In this document: one piece after another, positions 28,535-38,502 of the stretch
How the letters are laid out: each line of letters starts with the position of its first letter
How positions within the stretch are numbered: the stretch's first letter is position 1
From: an uncultured delta proteobacterium
GTDB lineage: Bacteria; Desulfobacterota; DSM-4660; Desulfatiglandales; HGW-15
Assembly: GCA_963740905.1 (NCBI GenBank)
Contig: CAVUFY010000011.1
Location: forward strand, 22,864 to 86,863
Reading direction: 5' to 3'
DNA length: 64,000 nucleotides
The notes under the pieces: generated by a model
Seen by the model: only the letters and a program-made list of their open reading frames with translations
Told to the model about the DNA's origin: nothing
Databases searched by the model: none
Made by a program: the position numbers and the translations under genes

Positions 28535-28751
28535 GCATGGGGGTCTCTCTCAAAACTGAAAACGAAGAGGATCCGGAGAAGACTGTGCAAACATGGGGTG
28601 GCAAAGGCGGGCGGCGCGGCTTCACGGGCACTTCCACGCACGGTCTTGCATGGCGATTCCCCGCTGCCCTCCGCCCGCCTCACCCTTTGCCCAAAGCCGA
28701 ACGCCGGGCAGCGGGCTCTTCGTTTTCCATTTTTGAGAGAGACCCCCATGC
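28535..28751. mobile_element. MITE with ~35-bp terminal inverted repeats
   Basis: Left GCATGGGGGTCTCTCTCAAAACTGAAAACGAAGAG versus reverse complement of right GCATGGGGGTCTCTCTCAAAAATGGAAAACGAAGAG; ~217 bp, non-coding. Confidence 0.8.
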
Positions 28752-28778
28752 TCTTGGATTGGGTTGCGGGAGGGCAGA

Positions 28779-29699
28779 CTACCTTGAGAGATTTCTCCAG
28801 GTATCCTCGGCCTGTTGCAATCCTCCACTATCTCCCTGGCCGTCGTGATGTGCGGATTTCATTCCTCTCAGCCGGGCAATCCTATCTTCAAGCGGAGGAT
28901 GAGTGGAAAAGAGATTCATGAGGCTACGGCCGCTCAACGGATTGACGATAAACATGTGGGCCGTCTGGGGGCTTGCTTGCATGGGAAGTCTTTTTGAATA
29001 GACGCCCAGCTTTTCAAGCGCGCTTGCCAGGCCCTCCGGATGGCCCGAAAACCCCGCCCCCGACTCATCGGCCTGATATTCCCTGGACCGTGAAATGGCC
29101 ATCTGAATAAGCAGGGCCGCGATGGGAGCAAGAATGGACATAACAATGAGGCCGATGCCGCCCAACCCGCCGCCTTCATCATCTCTCGACCCGCCGCCGA
29201 AAAAGGCCGCCCAGCGGGCCATGCTGGCAATGATCATGATCGCTCCTGCCATGGTAGCGGCAATCGAGCCAATGAGGATGTCTCTGTTCCTCACATGCGC
29301 CATCTCGTGGGAAAGTACGCCTTCCAGTTCATCTCTGTTCATGAGCTTCAAAAGGCCTTCCGTCACAGCCACCACCGCATGTTCCGGATTCCTTCCTGTG
29401 GCAAAAGCATTGGGAGCCTCCTGCGGGATCACGTAAATTCTGGGCATCGACAAGTCAGCCCTTTGCGCTATCCTGCTCACTATTTCGTAGAGTTCCGGGT
29501 TTTCACTCGCGGTGACCTCCCTGGCCCGGTACATTTTGAGCACAATCGTGTCCGAGAACCAGTAACTGAAAAAGTTCATGCCCATGGCAAGGACAAAGGC
29601 GAAAATCATGCCCTGCTGGCCGCCGAAGAGTCGGCCGATCCAGACAATCAGAAGAGTCATCACGCCCAAAAGCAAGGTCGTCTTAAACCAGTTCCCCAT
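28779..29699 (-). CDS. htpX: Zinc metalloprotease HtpX
   Basis: [15 protein letters not shown] (HExxH), SRSREYQAD and FSTHPP; SD GGAGG. Confidence 0.95.
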   Translation of the reverse strand: MGNWFKTTLLLGVMTLLIVWIGRLFGGQQGMIFAFVLAMGMNFFSYWFSDTIVLKMYRAREVTASENPELYEIVSRIAQRADLSMPRIYVIPQEAPNAFATGRNPEHAVVAVTEGLLKLMNRDELEGVLSHEMAHVRNRDILIGSIAATMAGAIMIIASMARWAAFFGGGSRDDEGGGLGGIGLIVMSILAPIAALLIQMAISRSREYQADESGAGFSGHPEGLASALEKLGVYSKRLPMQASPQTAHMFIVNPLSGRSLMNLFSTHPPLEDRIARLRGMKSAHHDGQGDSGGLQQAEDTWRNLSR

Positions 29700-29824
29700 T
29701 TGCTTCCTCCATAAGAAACGTTGTGATAAGCTTACATCGAACATGCTACCGAGATAAAATAATCATTTCCACCTGGAGACGTCAAGATTGAGGACCGATA
29801 CACGGAGAAGAAAGATTCGAACCA

Positions 29825-30796
29825 ATGACCTTGAAGATCCTGATCATCAGACCGGCCGCGCTCGGTGATACGCTCATGCTCTTGCCTTCCTTGCGGGCGC
29901 TCACAGGGGCAGCTGAAACCACCCTGGTAGGAAGACGCCCCGGTATTGATTTTGTGATGCCTTATGTTAATCGCTCTATGGACTACGAAGGGCAAGGCTG
30001 GCATCTGCTTTTCATGGAGAGTAGAGGGTCGCTTTCCGGCTTCGGCCCGGCGTTGCCTTCCGTTGATCTCGCTATCATGTTCCATGCGGACCCTGATGGA
30101 AACATCGCCAAGAGGTTGGAGGCTCTTCTCCCCGGCGCAACGATCAGGTTATTCCCCGGCTTTCCTCTTCCCCATGAGGAAACGCATGTGTCGCTGTACC
30201 TGGCCCGATGCCTTGAAGCCTCGGGGTGTCCCCTCAAAGCGGAGCCTGCATTTCAGAAAGCATCCGAAGCCCCTCTCCTCGCACGAATGGGTTCAGAAGG
30301 AAAGAAAGGAACGGCAGTGTTTCATCCCGGTTCGGGAAGCGGAAAGAAAAATTACTCTTCTCGGTTTTGGCTGGATTTCATTCATCGTTTCTGCGCCGCA
30401 ACCTCCTTGCCCTTCACTCTCCTTCTCGGCCCCGCGGAAGAACAGATGACTTCTGTCTATGGCCGGAGTCTCCGGCAGGAAAAAGGCGAGATTCTTTTCT
30501 GCCCCGAAAAGGAGGAACTTCACTCCCTCCTCTCTCAAGCCTGCCTTTATGTGGGGCATGACAGCGGCATTACCCATTTGTCCGCCATGCTAGGAACGCC
30601 TACCCTCGCTCTTTTCAGAAGCACCTCCGTGGCTCAGTGGCGGCCTCTGGGACCAAAGGTCAGAATCATTCAGGGGGAGAGCTCCGGCCCGGGTATAGTG
30701 GAGGAAGCTTTGGCCCAGGCTGGGATACTGTTGAGAGACGAGGTGAAGACCAGCCTGCGAGCCTCGGAACAAAAGAAAGGGAATCATGGTCTTTAG
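29825..30796 (+). CDS. Glycosyltransferase family 9 (heptosyltransferase-like)
   Basis: IIRPAALGD, HPGSG..K, GPAE and GHDSGITHLSAMLGTPT. Confidence 0.88.
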   Translation: MTLKILIIRPAALGDTLMLLPSLRALTGAAETTLVGRRPGIDFVMPYVNRSMDYEGQGWHLLFMESRGSLSGFGPALPSVDLAIMFHADPDGNIAKRLEALLPGATIRLFPGFPLPHEETHVSLYLARCLEASGCPLKAEPAFQKASEAPLLARMGSEGKKGTAVFHPGSGSGKKNYSSRFWLDFIHRFCAATSLPFTLLLGPAEEQMTSVYGRSLRQEKGEILFCPEKEELHSLLSQACLYVGHDSGITHLSAMLGTPTLALFRSTSVAQWRPLGPKVRIIQGESSGPGIVEEALAQAGILLRDEVKTSLRASEQKKGNHGL

Positions 30797-30896
30797 CATG
30801 GTTTCATAGACCTGAAATGGCAGAATCAAGGGTCGAAAATCTTCCGTCTTACGGAAGACCTTGAACCTGGGCCGTGGGCCGTGTATCGTTTCATCA

Positions 30897-32290
30897 ATGT
30901 ACTCCGCAAACAAAACACTCCGGAAAGTCAAGGCCACCGTTTCTCGCTACGAGATGATCCAACCCGGTGATCTGGTCGTTGTGGGTGTGTCGGGAGGGCC
31001 CGACTCGGTTTGCCTTCTGCATATTCTTCAACGACTCAAGAAAGAACTGGAGATGGCTCTCCTTGTTGCGCACTTCGATCACGGCCTGAGACCCGGCGAA
31101 GATGATTCCGAAACCCGGTTTGTAGCTTCTCTTGCAGCCTCGATGGGGCTTCCTTTTGAAACCGAAAAGGCGAGATCTCTCCTTCGGAGGACCGCCGGAT
31201 CCCTGGAAGAAGCCGCGAGAAATGCAAGATACCGCTATCTCGAGAAGTTGAGGAAAAAGCATGACGCCCGGAAGATTGCCCTGGCACACCAACTTAACGA
31301 CCAGGCTGAAACTATCCTTATGAGGCTGCTCAGGGGCAGCGGTCCTTCCGGACTGGGCGGTATCCCCCCCTCCAGGGATCGAGTGATCATCAGGCCTCTG
31401 ATTGAAATCAGCCGCAAGGAAATCGAAACATACATCAAAGGGCAGAGCCTCTCCTATGTTACCGACAGCTCCAATCTCCAGCCTCTTTTCCTGCGAATAG
31501 GATCCGTATCGAGCTTCTTCCCCTGCTTGAGAAATACCAGCCTCGCCTGGTGGAACGCCTGGCCGAAACGGCCGGGATCTTGCGGGATGAAGACGATTAC
31601 CTCGAACAGGTCGTAAAGGCTTGGGTAGACGCGGAATCGGAAGTCAGCGCCGGCGGAACTGTCTCGGTGTCTGTCCACTCTTTTCTGGAGCTTCCGCCTC
31701 CGCTTAAAAGACGGGTTGTCAGGGAACTCATCGAGAGGGTCAAGAATAACCTTCGCAGGATAGGAAGCGAGCACGTCCGGTCTGTCCTGACTCTGGCCGA
31801 AGGCGAAAAGCCACAGGCTTCGCTGGACTTGCCGGGAAAGCTCCGTGTTCAGAGAGCCTATGAGCGTTTAGTCTTTAAGTCGGCGAACTCCGTGGAAAAT
31901 CCGGACTTTGATTACGTAATTCGGAAACCGGGTGTTTTTCTCCTTAAGAAGATCGGGCGCACTCTCACGGTGGAGGAAATGGCCGAGCCTCAACCCCGCT
32001 GTAAGAATGGGACTCCATGGACAGCCTACGTCGACGCAGAAAAGATTCGCTATCCTCTTCGCGCCAGGAACTTCAGGCCCGGAGATCGGTTTGTCCCTCT
32101 GGGCATGAAAGGGCATAAGAAGGTCAAGGACTTCTTTGTGGATCGCAAGGTGCCCGCAGAGGAAAGACATACGACCCCCATTATCTTTTCGGAAGAAATG
32201 CCTGTCTGGATCTGCGGGTACAGGTTGGACGACCGGTTCAAGGTGACTTCTGAGACGAAGAGGGTTCTGAAGATGACTCTGAGACATTGA
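30897..32290 (+). CDS. tilS: tRNA(Ile)-lysidine synthase, split by a 1-nt frameshift at ~31496
   Basis: SGGPDS, DHGLR, EEAARNARY, HQLNDQAET, IRPL and DSSN; adding one A to CGAATAG restores FLRNRIRIELLP and joins ORF 31550-32290 (TilS C-terminus GDRF..G.KKVKDFF). Confidence 0.92.
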
Positions 32291-32403
32291 AAGTGCAGTT
32301 CTCATCTCTCTTTCCCGTCCACAACTTTCGCGCGCTTCGCGTCCGCGCCATCGAAAAGCTCACCGGCGCGCGGTAGCACGTCCGACGGAGCGCCATGATA
32401 AGT

Positions 32404-32590
32404 GTTCTGCCTTTTTCCCTGCCTTCACGGATAATATCCACAATCTCCTGCGTGGTGATCTTCGCTTTGACCGAGGGAATATCAAGTGGCGAGGAAATGT
32501 CTTTTTCTGGCCGCAATGCAAAAATACGCCCGCCTTTACGCCGAATCAAAACTATTCCTGTTGATTCAGCCTGCTCCAACACCTCATAAA
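32404..32590 (-). pseudogene. N-terminally truncated Phd/YefM-type antitoxin remnant
   Basis: EVLEQAESTGIVLIRRKGGRIFALRPE..SPLDIP..ITTQEIVDIIREGRE resembles prevent-host-death proteins; an in-frame TAG lies just upstream and no toxin gene is adjacent. Confidence 0.6.
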
Positions 32591-32756
32591 GCTAAAGTGA
32601 AAAAGGCCTCAAAATAGGGTCTTCACCCCATTCCCTTTTTCCCGCCATTGACCTATTCGGATGAACAGTAAGGAATCCTGGCGCTGCTTTAGCAAGTTTC
32701 GGAGGGAGGGGGAGGAATTTTCATCTCATATAAACCTGTCTTTCGGAGGGAAAAAA

Positions 32757-33083
32757 ATGGAAAATGAATGGTCGTACAAGAGCTTCAGGATTAAGGAGGG
32801 ACTTAAACCGGGCAGCAAGCATTTTCAGTATTTCTTCATCGTTTCAGAAGGAGGACAAAAGAAGTGCAACTACTGTGTCTGGATTGAAGATGAGGCTCTT
32901 TCACGCCTTAGCGATTCAAAAAATTTCGGGGCGATTATTGATTCTCGCCGAGCGGAATGGAACAAATGGGTCAAGGAGAAGATTGACCGGGAGGATTTCA
33001 GGAACATGGTCCTGAGGTTTGATAAAGAAGGCCAAGAGGAAATGGACCTTGACAAGATGGATGAAAAGTTGAACATGGAATAG
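32757..33083 (+). CDS. Hypothetical protein (108 aa)
   Basis: SD GGAGG before ATG; open frame with a CNYC motif; no family recognised. Confidence 0.7.
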   Translation: MENEWSYKSFRIKEGLKPGSKHFQYFFIVSEGGQKKCNYCVWIEDEALSRLSDSKNFGAIIDSRRAEWNKWVKEKIDREDFRNMVLRFDKEGQEEMDLDKMDEKLNME

Positions 33084-33353
33084 CGGCGGACCGCACGTTA
33101 GCCATATGGATAATACTGCTTGGCACGACGCAGAATCGTATTTCTTCGAAGAGCAAGGATAGGTGGAGGTTCGCGAAAGGTATTGCTTTACGATCGCGTT
33201 GAGATCAAGAGCGTCGTGTTTTACATACTGAAAAAATTCCTGACATTTATGGAATTTGCGCCAACCGGGTAATTCCAAACCTTCAAGTCTGCTTTCAAAT
33301 CTTTTGCATCTTATTTCAAAGCGTTAAATCCACGACTCCTACGTTGCCGCCTC

Positions 33354-33369
33354 TGGTATGAGAATTGCT
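33354..33369 (+). promoter_or_regulatory. Sigma54 (-24/-12) promoter of TRAP operon 1
   Basis: TGGTAT-GAGAA-TTGCT (GG-N10-GC), ~55 bp upstream of dctP. Confidence 0.65.
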
Positions 33370-33424
33370 CTGTCCTGGTATCCGAGAACCAGGATTTGCA
33401 ACCAATGATTGGGAGGTTAATACG

Positions 33425-34447
33425 ATGAAAAGAAGTATTTCGGTTCTATGTGTGGCGTGTTTGACGGCGGTTGCGTTCATGATCATGGTATTCCCGTTCA
33501 ACGCGCAAGCCCAGGAGATCAAATTAAGGTACTCGGTCATATGGCCCCAGATGCACCCCATGACCAAATTGATGGTCGAGTGGGGCAAGGATGTTGAAAA
33601 GGTAACCCAGGGCCGGATCAAGACCACTATGTTCGCAAGCAATACCCTTGCCCCTCCGATGCAGGCCTATGATGCCACGGTCAAGGGGATCGTGGATGTG
33701 TGCGGCAACCTGCTGGCTTACTCCCCGGGCCGGCTGCCGCTCTCCGAGGTGTTGCAGCAGCCTCTGGGGTACAAAAACGGTTATCAGGCCAGCAAACTGG
33801 CCAATGCGTACTTTAAGAAATTCAAGCCCAAGGAATTCGACGACGTGAAGGTCATGTACCTCCACGGCGCAGCCCCCGGTTTTATCATGACCAAGAAGGC
33901 GATTAAGACTACGGCCGATATCAAGGGGCTCAGAATCAAGGCCAATGCGGAAAACGCCGACATCGTGAGGAATCTTGGCGCCGCTCCGGTGACCATGCCG
34001 GTCAGCGAGACTTACGATGCCCTTTCGAGAGGCATTGTCGACGGGACCCTTTTCCCCATCGAGGCACTGCAGGGGTTCAAAATCGGTGAAGTGGTCAAGA
34101 CCGTCCTGGAAGATTACGGCATGTCTTACATGACATCGATGTACGTTGCCATGAACAAGGACAAATGGAAGTCGATTTCGCCGGCAGACCAAAAGGCGAT
34201 AGAAAAGATCAATGATGAGTATAACGAGAAAATCGCCAAGCTGTGGGTCGAACTGGATAACAAGGCCAAGGAATTTGCCCTGAGCAAAGGGGTAACCTTC
34301 GTAACCGTCTCCGAGAAAGAACAGGCGGCGACGGCCGAAAAGATGAAACCGATTTGGGATGCTTATGTCAAGATGGCCAAATCCAAGGGACTGCCCGGTG
34401 ATGAGGCCCTGAAATTCTGCCTGGATTATCTAAAGAGCCACCCGTAA
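33425..34447 (+). CDS. dctP: TRAP transporter substrate-binding protein
   Basis: Signal peptide, DIKGLRIKA, LGAAPVTMPVSETYDALSRGIVDG and MNKDKW. Confidence 0.92.
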   Translation: MKRSISVLCVACLTAVAFMIMVFPFNAQAQEIKLRYSVIWPQMHPMTKLMVEWGKDVEKVTQGRIKTTMFASNTLAPPMQAYDATVKGIVDVCGNLLAYSPGRLPLSEVLQQPLGYKNGYQASKLANAYFKKFKPKEFDDVKVMYLHGAAPGFIMTKKAIKTTADIKGLRIKANAENADIVRNLGAAPVTMPVSETYDALSRGIVDGTLFPIEALQGFKIGEVVKTVLEDYGMSYMTSMYVAMNKDKWKSISPADQKAIEKINDEYNEKIAKLWVELDNKAKEFALSKGVTFVTVSEKEQAATAEKMKPIWDAYVKMAKSKGLPGDEALKFCLDYLKSHP

Positions 34448-34607
34448 TTGCCGGGAGGCAAGAACGACGGCTGAGGATGGAGCATGAACTTGCGTCTTCA
34501 GCCGTTGAGCATTTTCTACTCAGCTTTTTTATCGATGGTTCTATGAAGGTTGTCGTGGAGCGCGTTAGAGTCAGATTGTGTGTTCCAGAGAAGTTCGGAG
34601 GGACAGG

Positions 34608-35093
34608 ATGCAGCGCCTGATGGCAGCAGTGCTCAAGGGGGACAAGGTCCTGTACGCGATCGCCGGCATGGTACTGGCGTTCATGATCGTCTTGACCCTT
34701 TGTGATGTGATCTTGAGGAATCTGGGTCATCCGATTACCGGATCCATGGAGATTATCCAGTACGGCGGCTCCATCGTATTTGGTTTTTCCGTCCCTTATG
34801 CCACTTGGATGGGGGCACAGGTCATCGTTGATCTGGTAACCCAGAAGCTGGGCCTCAAGAACCAGAAGAGGATCAAAGCCGTTACCAGGGGCATTGGCAT
34901 CCTCTTGTTCTTGTTCGTGGCATACAATTTCTTTTTGTACGCCCTGGACGTGAAACGGACGGGCGAGCTGACGGCGAGTTTCAAAATTCCCTACTACCCC
35001 TTTTGCTTTGCCATTTCACTCAGTTTTCTGTTCCAGAGCCTGACCATATTTTGTGATCTGATCAAGACCCTGCAGGGAGAAAAACATGAGTGA
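34608..35093 (+). CDS. dctQ: TRAP transporter small permease
   Basis: 4 TM helices, DVILR..PITGSMEI. Confidence 0.88.
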   Translation: MQRLMAAVLKGDKVLYAIAGMVLAFMIVLTLCDVILRNLGHPITGSMEIIQYGGSIVFGFSVPYATWMGAQVIVDLVTQKLGLKNQKRIKAVTRGIGILLFLFVAYNFFLYALDVKRTGELTASFKIPYYPFCFAISLSFLFQSLTIFCDLIKTLQGEKHE

Positions 35094-36390
35094 TATCGCG
35101 GTCGGCGTGTACGGCATAATCGCACTTCTGGGGCTTTTTTTGACAGGGCTCGAAATGGCCTACTGCATGGTGTTGGTGGGTTTTGTCGGATTCACCTTTC
35201 TGATGTCCTTCGGCGCGGCCTCCAACCTGGTGGTCAAGGACTTTTTCGATACCTTTACCACTTACAGTTACACGGTTATCCCCTTGTTCATCATGATGGG
35301 GGAATTGGCCCAGAATTCCAATATTGCCAAGAGGCTCTATGTGGGTGCGCACAAGTGGATCGGACACGTACCGGGCGGTCTGGCCATGACCACCGTAATG
35401 GGCGCAACCGCGTTCAAAGCCATGTGCGGCTCAACCCTCGCAACGGTCGGGACCTTCTCCGGACTGGCCATTCCTGAAATGGACCGCTATGGCTACAAGA
35501 AGGAGCTCTCCGCAGGAACCGTTGCCTCAGTGAGCACCATAGGGATGATCCTGCCGCCCAGCACGGTCCTGATTATATACGGGCTTCAAGTTGAACAATC
35601 CATCGGCCGGCTTTTCCTTGCGGGGATACTTCCGGCACTAATGATAGCGTTGCTTTTCATGGGCGTTATCGCCGGATGGGTCACCTTGCAGCCTGACATT
35701 GCCCCCAGGGCGGAAAGAGCAACCTGGAAAGAGCGGATCTCCGCCATTCCGGATGGAATAGTCATCTTAGTGATTTTCGGCGTCGTGATCGGCGGGATGA
35801 TCACCGGCTTCTTCAGCCCTACCGAGGCGGGCACCATCGGAACGGCCGCCGTTTTTATTCTGGCTTTGGTGAGAAGAGAAATCAATTCCAAGATGCTGGT
35901 GACTTCATTTAGAGGATCATTGAGAACCTCCATCATGACACTCATGCTGATCGCCGGATCTTCCATCTTCGGGCATTTCCTGGCTGTTACCGAGATCCCC
36001 ATGATTGCCGCCGACTGGACCGCCTCCCTTCCTGTGCCGAAATTTCTGATCATGGTCGTCATCATCGCCGTGTACCTGATCGGCGGCTCTATCATGGATG
36101 ATCTGGCCTTCATGGTGCTGGCCACACCGATATTCTATCCGACCGTGGTTAACCTTGGTTATGATCCCATCTGGTTCGGCATTTTGATCTGCATGACCCT
36201 CATGATCGGCGGTATCATTCCCCCCATAGCCATTTATGTGTTTATTTTGGGAAATATTACCGGACTTCCTTTTAAAACCATTTATAAGGGCGTTATACCC
36301 TTTCTTTCAGCCCTGGTTTTAGCTCTGGTGATCATGTTTGTTTTCCCTCACTTTGCGACGTGGCTGCCCAATCAATTAATGGGGAGGTGA
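35086..36390 (+). CDS. dctM: TRAP transporter large permease
   Basis: IPLFIMMG, PGGLA, GMILPPS, SIGRLFLAGILP, SPTEAG and DPIWFG. Confidence 0.93.
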   Translation: MSDIAVGVYGIIALLGLFLTGLEMAYCMVLVGFVGFTFLMSFGAASNLVVKDFFDTFTTYSYTVIPLFIMMGELAQNSNIAKRLYVGAHKWIGHVPGGLAMTTVMGATAFKAMCGSTLATVGTFSGLAIPEMDRYGYKKELSAGTVASVSTIGMILPPSTVLIIYGLQVEQSIGRLFLAGILPALMIALLFMGVIAGWVTLQPDIAPRAERATWKERISAIPDGIVILVIFGVVIGGMITGFFSPTEAGTIGTAAVFILALVRREINSKMLVTSFRGSLRTSIMTLMLIAGSSIFGHFLAVTEIPMIAADWTASLPVPKFLIMVVIIAVYLIGGSIMDDLAFMVLATPIFYPTVVNLGYDPIWFGILICMTLMIGGIIPPIAIYVFILGNITGLPFKTIYKGVIPFLSALVLALVIMFVFPHFATWLPNQLMGR

Positions 36391-36471
36391 CTGGACAGTC
36401 TGAAGTGAGATGCCCCGCCGGCCGGGTGGAACTCTGCTTATGGTCGGGCAGGCGAGAGAGGTTGCGGACAA

Positions 36472-36503
36472 AAAAGGCGGAATGAATTTTCATTCCGTCT
36501 TTT
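36472..36503. promoter_or_regulatory. Palindrome: terminator after dctM and/or TetR-type operator before the MBL genes
   Basis: AAAAGGCGGAATGAA-TT-TTCATTCCGTCTTTT (15-bp arms, one wobble); TAAAAT at ~36521. Confidence 0.55.
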
Positions 36504-36547
36504 CTGTTTATCCTTCCTGTTAAAATGATGTATTCTGAAAAACTCTA

Positions 36548-37561
36548 ATGGAAGGAAACAGGATAATGATTGAAGAGATACAGCCCGGCTTGTTCCGGGT
36601 GGAAGTCCCTTTACCAAACAGCCCCCTCAAGTTTCTCAACTCTTATGTGGTCGTGTCTTCAGACAGGAATCTGATCATCGACACCGGTCTAAATCGCAAA
36701 GAGTGTTTTGACGCGATGCAGTCTGGTTTGCAGCGGCTCGACATCGATCTTGCGAAGACTGATTTTTTCATCACCCATTTGCATGCCGATCATTTCGGAC
36801 TGTTGTCGAAGCTTGTGACGAAAACCAGCCAGGTATTTTTCAACAGACCCGAAACTGAGTTGATCGAGGCCTCCGGCTGGTGGGAACGCATGGTTGCCTA
36901 CGCGGCCAAAAACGGCTTCCCAGAAAAAGAGCTGCGTGAGGCGATTCAATCCCATCCGGGCCGTCAATTCGGCTCCGAATGGATACCCGAAATGAAGGTT
37001 TTACAGGACGGTGACGAAATTACTGCCGGGAATTATTTTTTTAGGTGTGTTTCCACGCCGGGACATAGCATGGGGCATACTTGTTTGTACGAACCGAACA
37101 GAAAGATCCTTGTGGCGGGAGATCATATTTTGATCGATATTACGCCCAATATTCAATGCTGGTCCGACGAACAAAATCCACTTCGGGATTATCTGGCAAG
37201 TCTGGATAAAGTGAATGATATGGAGATCGCCCTTGTTCTGCCGGGACACAGAAGGCTCATCACCGATCACAGGACGAGAATCGCCGAGTTGAAGGAGCAC
37301 CATGAAAAACGGCTCACAGAGATCCTTTCGATCCTTGGAAATAGTCCGCGAACCGCTTTTGATGTGGCATCTCGAATGACGTGGGATCTCGACTGTGATT
37401 CCTGGGAGGAATTCCCGCGGGCACAGAAGTGGTTTGCCACCGGTGAAGCGATTGCCCATCTGCGTTACCTGGAAAGAAAAGGCTCTATCGTTAGAAAGAA
37501 TGAGGGAACAATGATTGCGTTCACCCTGAATGAGTTATCTCCGCCGGCGCTTCAGCAGTGA
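36548..37561 (+). CDS. MBL-fold metallo-hydrolase (LACTB2-like, with C-terminal winged-helix tail)
   Basis: IDTG, THLHADHFG, TPGHSMGH, GDH, LPGH and GEAIAHLRYL; alternative start at 36566. Confidence 0.9.
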   Translation: MEGNRIMIEEIQPGLFRVEVPLPNSPLKFLNSYVVVSSDRNLIIDTGLNRKECFDAMQSGLQRLDIDLAKTDFFITHLHADHFGLLSKLVTKTSQVFFNRPETELIEASGWWERMVAYAAKNGFPEKELREAIQSHPGRQFGSEWIPEMKVLQDGDEITAGNYFFRCVSTPGHSMGHTCLYEPNRKILVAGDHILIDITPNIQCWSDEQNPLRDYLASLDKVNDMEIALVLPGHRRLITDHRTRIAELKEHHEKRLTEILSILGNSPRTAFDVASRMTWDLDCDSWEEFPRAQKWFATGEAIAHLRYLERKGSIVRKNEGTMIAFTLNELSPPALQQ

Positions 37562-37565
37562 TAAC

Positions 37566-38480
37566 ATGAAGCGCGTGAAGATTACGGAAAAGATTGAATA
37601 TCTGACCCCTGAGAACGCGATCTCCCGGTTCTTATGTTCAGGGATGATCATCAATGACTCGGCAAAGGTATTCTTTGATGCGAATTTCGGCAGGGCCGAT
37701 ACCCGGGCACTGCTCTTATCCGAGAAGCCGGATTTTGCCCTCATCTCTCACTACCACCTGGATCATTCCTGGTGGGGTGGTCTGGCCGGGACCTTTTCCC
37801 ATGCGTCATTGTTCGTGCCCTCCGGTGAAGAGGTTTACCTGATGGACCTCGGCTATTTCCTCGAAATGACCCAGGGGCAAGGTCGTCCGGCCCGGCTCTG
37901 GGCAAAATTTGTCAGTGAGGAAATCCAATACAAGGCGATCGATCATTTCACGCCCTATGATTCGTCCCTGGATCTCGAGCTGAGGGGTGTGAGAATGACA
38001 TTTGTGCCGGCTCAGGGACACTCCCCGGGACATATGGCAGTGTATTTTCCTGACCCGAAAATCCTGTTCACAAGCGACCTGGGGCTCGGGCCTTTCGGCC
38101 CCTGGTACGGATTCAAGGACTGTGACATCACGCTTTACGTGGATTCCCTCCTGAGATTGAAAGGCATGAACCCGCGACTTCTGCTGACAAGTCATGAAGG
38201 TGTCATCAGGAAAGGCATCGATGCCGTTTTCGACCGCTGCATAGCGGCCATTTTCATGAGGGAAGACCTGATCAGCAAAAAACTCGACAAAGGCCTTTCA
38301 AGGGATGAGATCACTGCGGACGGGGTGTATTTTTTGAAAAAAGAAAAGGCCCGGGGTCCTCTAAAAGACTTCCTCACCATGTGGGATGGGGTCATGTTCG
38401 ACCACCACCTGAAAAAGCTCAGAGAAGGCGGGTTGAAAAAGGATTTTCCGCATGATCGAGCACTGGTCGAGCGATTATGA
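37566..38480 (+). CDS. MBL-fold metallo-hydrolase
   Basis: SHYHLDH, GHSPGH, SDLGL..FGPWYG and TSH. Confidence 0.88.
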   Translation: MKRVKITEKIEYLTPENAISRFLCSGMIINDSAKVFFDANFGRADTRALLLSEKPDFALISHYHLDHSWWGGLAGTFSHASLFVPSGEEVYLMDLGYFLEMTQGQGRPARLWAKFVSEEIQYKAIDHFTPYDSSLDLELRGVRMTFVPAQGHSPGHMAVYFPDPKILFTSDLGLGPFGPWYGFKDCDITLYVDSLLRLKGMNPRLLLTSHEGVIRKGIDAVFDRCIAAIFMREDLISKKLDKGLSRDEITADGVYFLKKEKARGPLKDFLTMWDGVMFDHHLKKLREGGLKKDFPHDRALVERL

Positions 38481-38502
38481 CCCGAAGTTTGATGACCGCT
38501 TC

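Noticed and set aside
28501-28921. Short ORFs across the MITE
   Set aside because: They start within the inverted repeats on both strands and have no coding features
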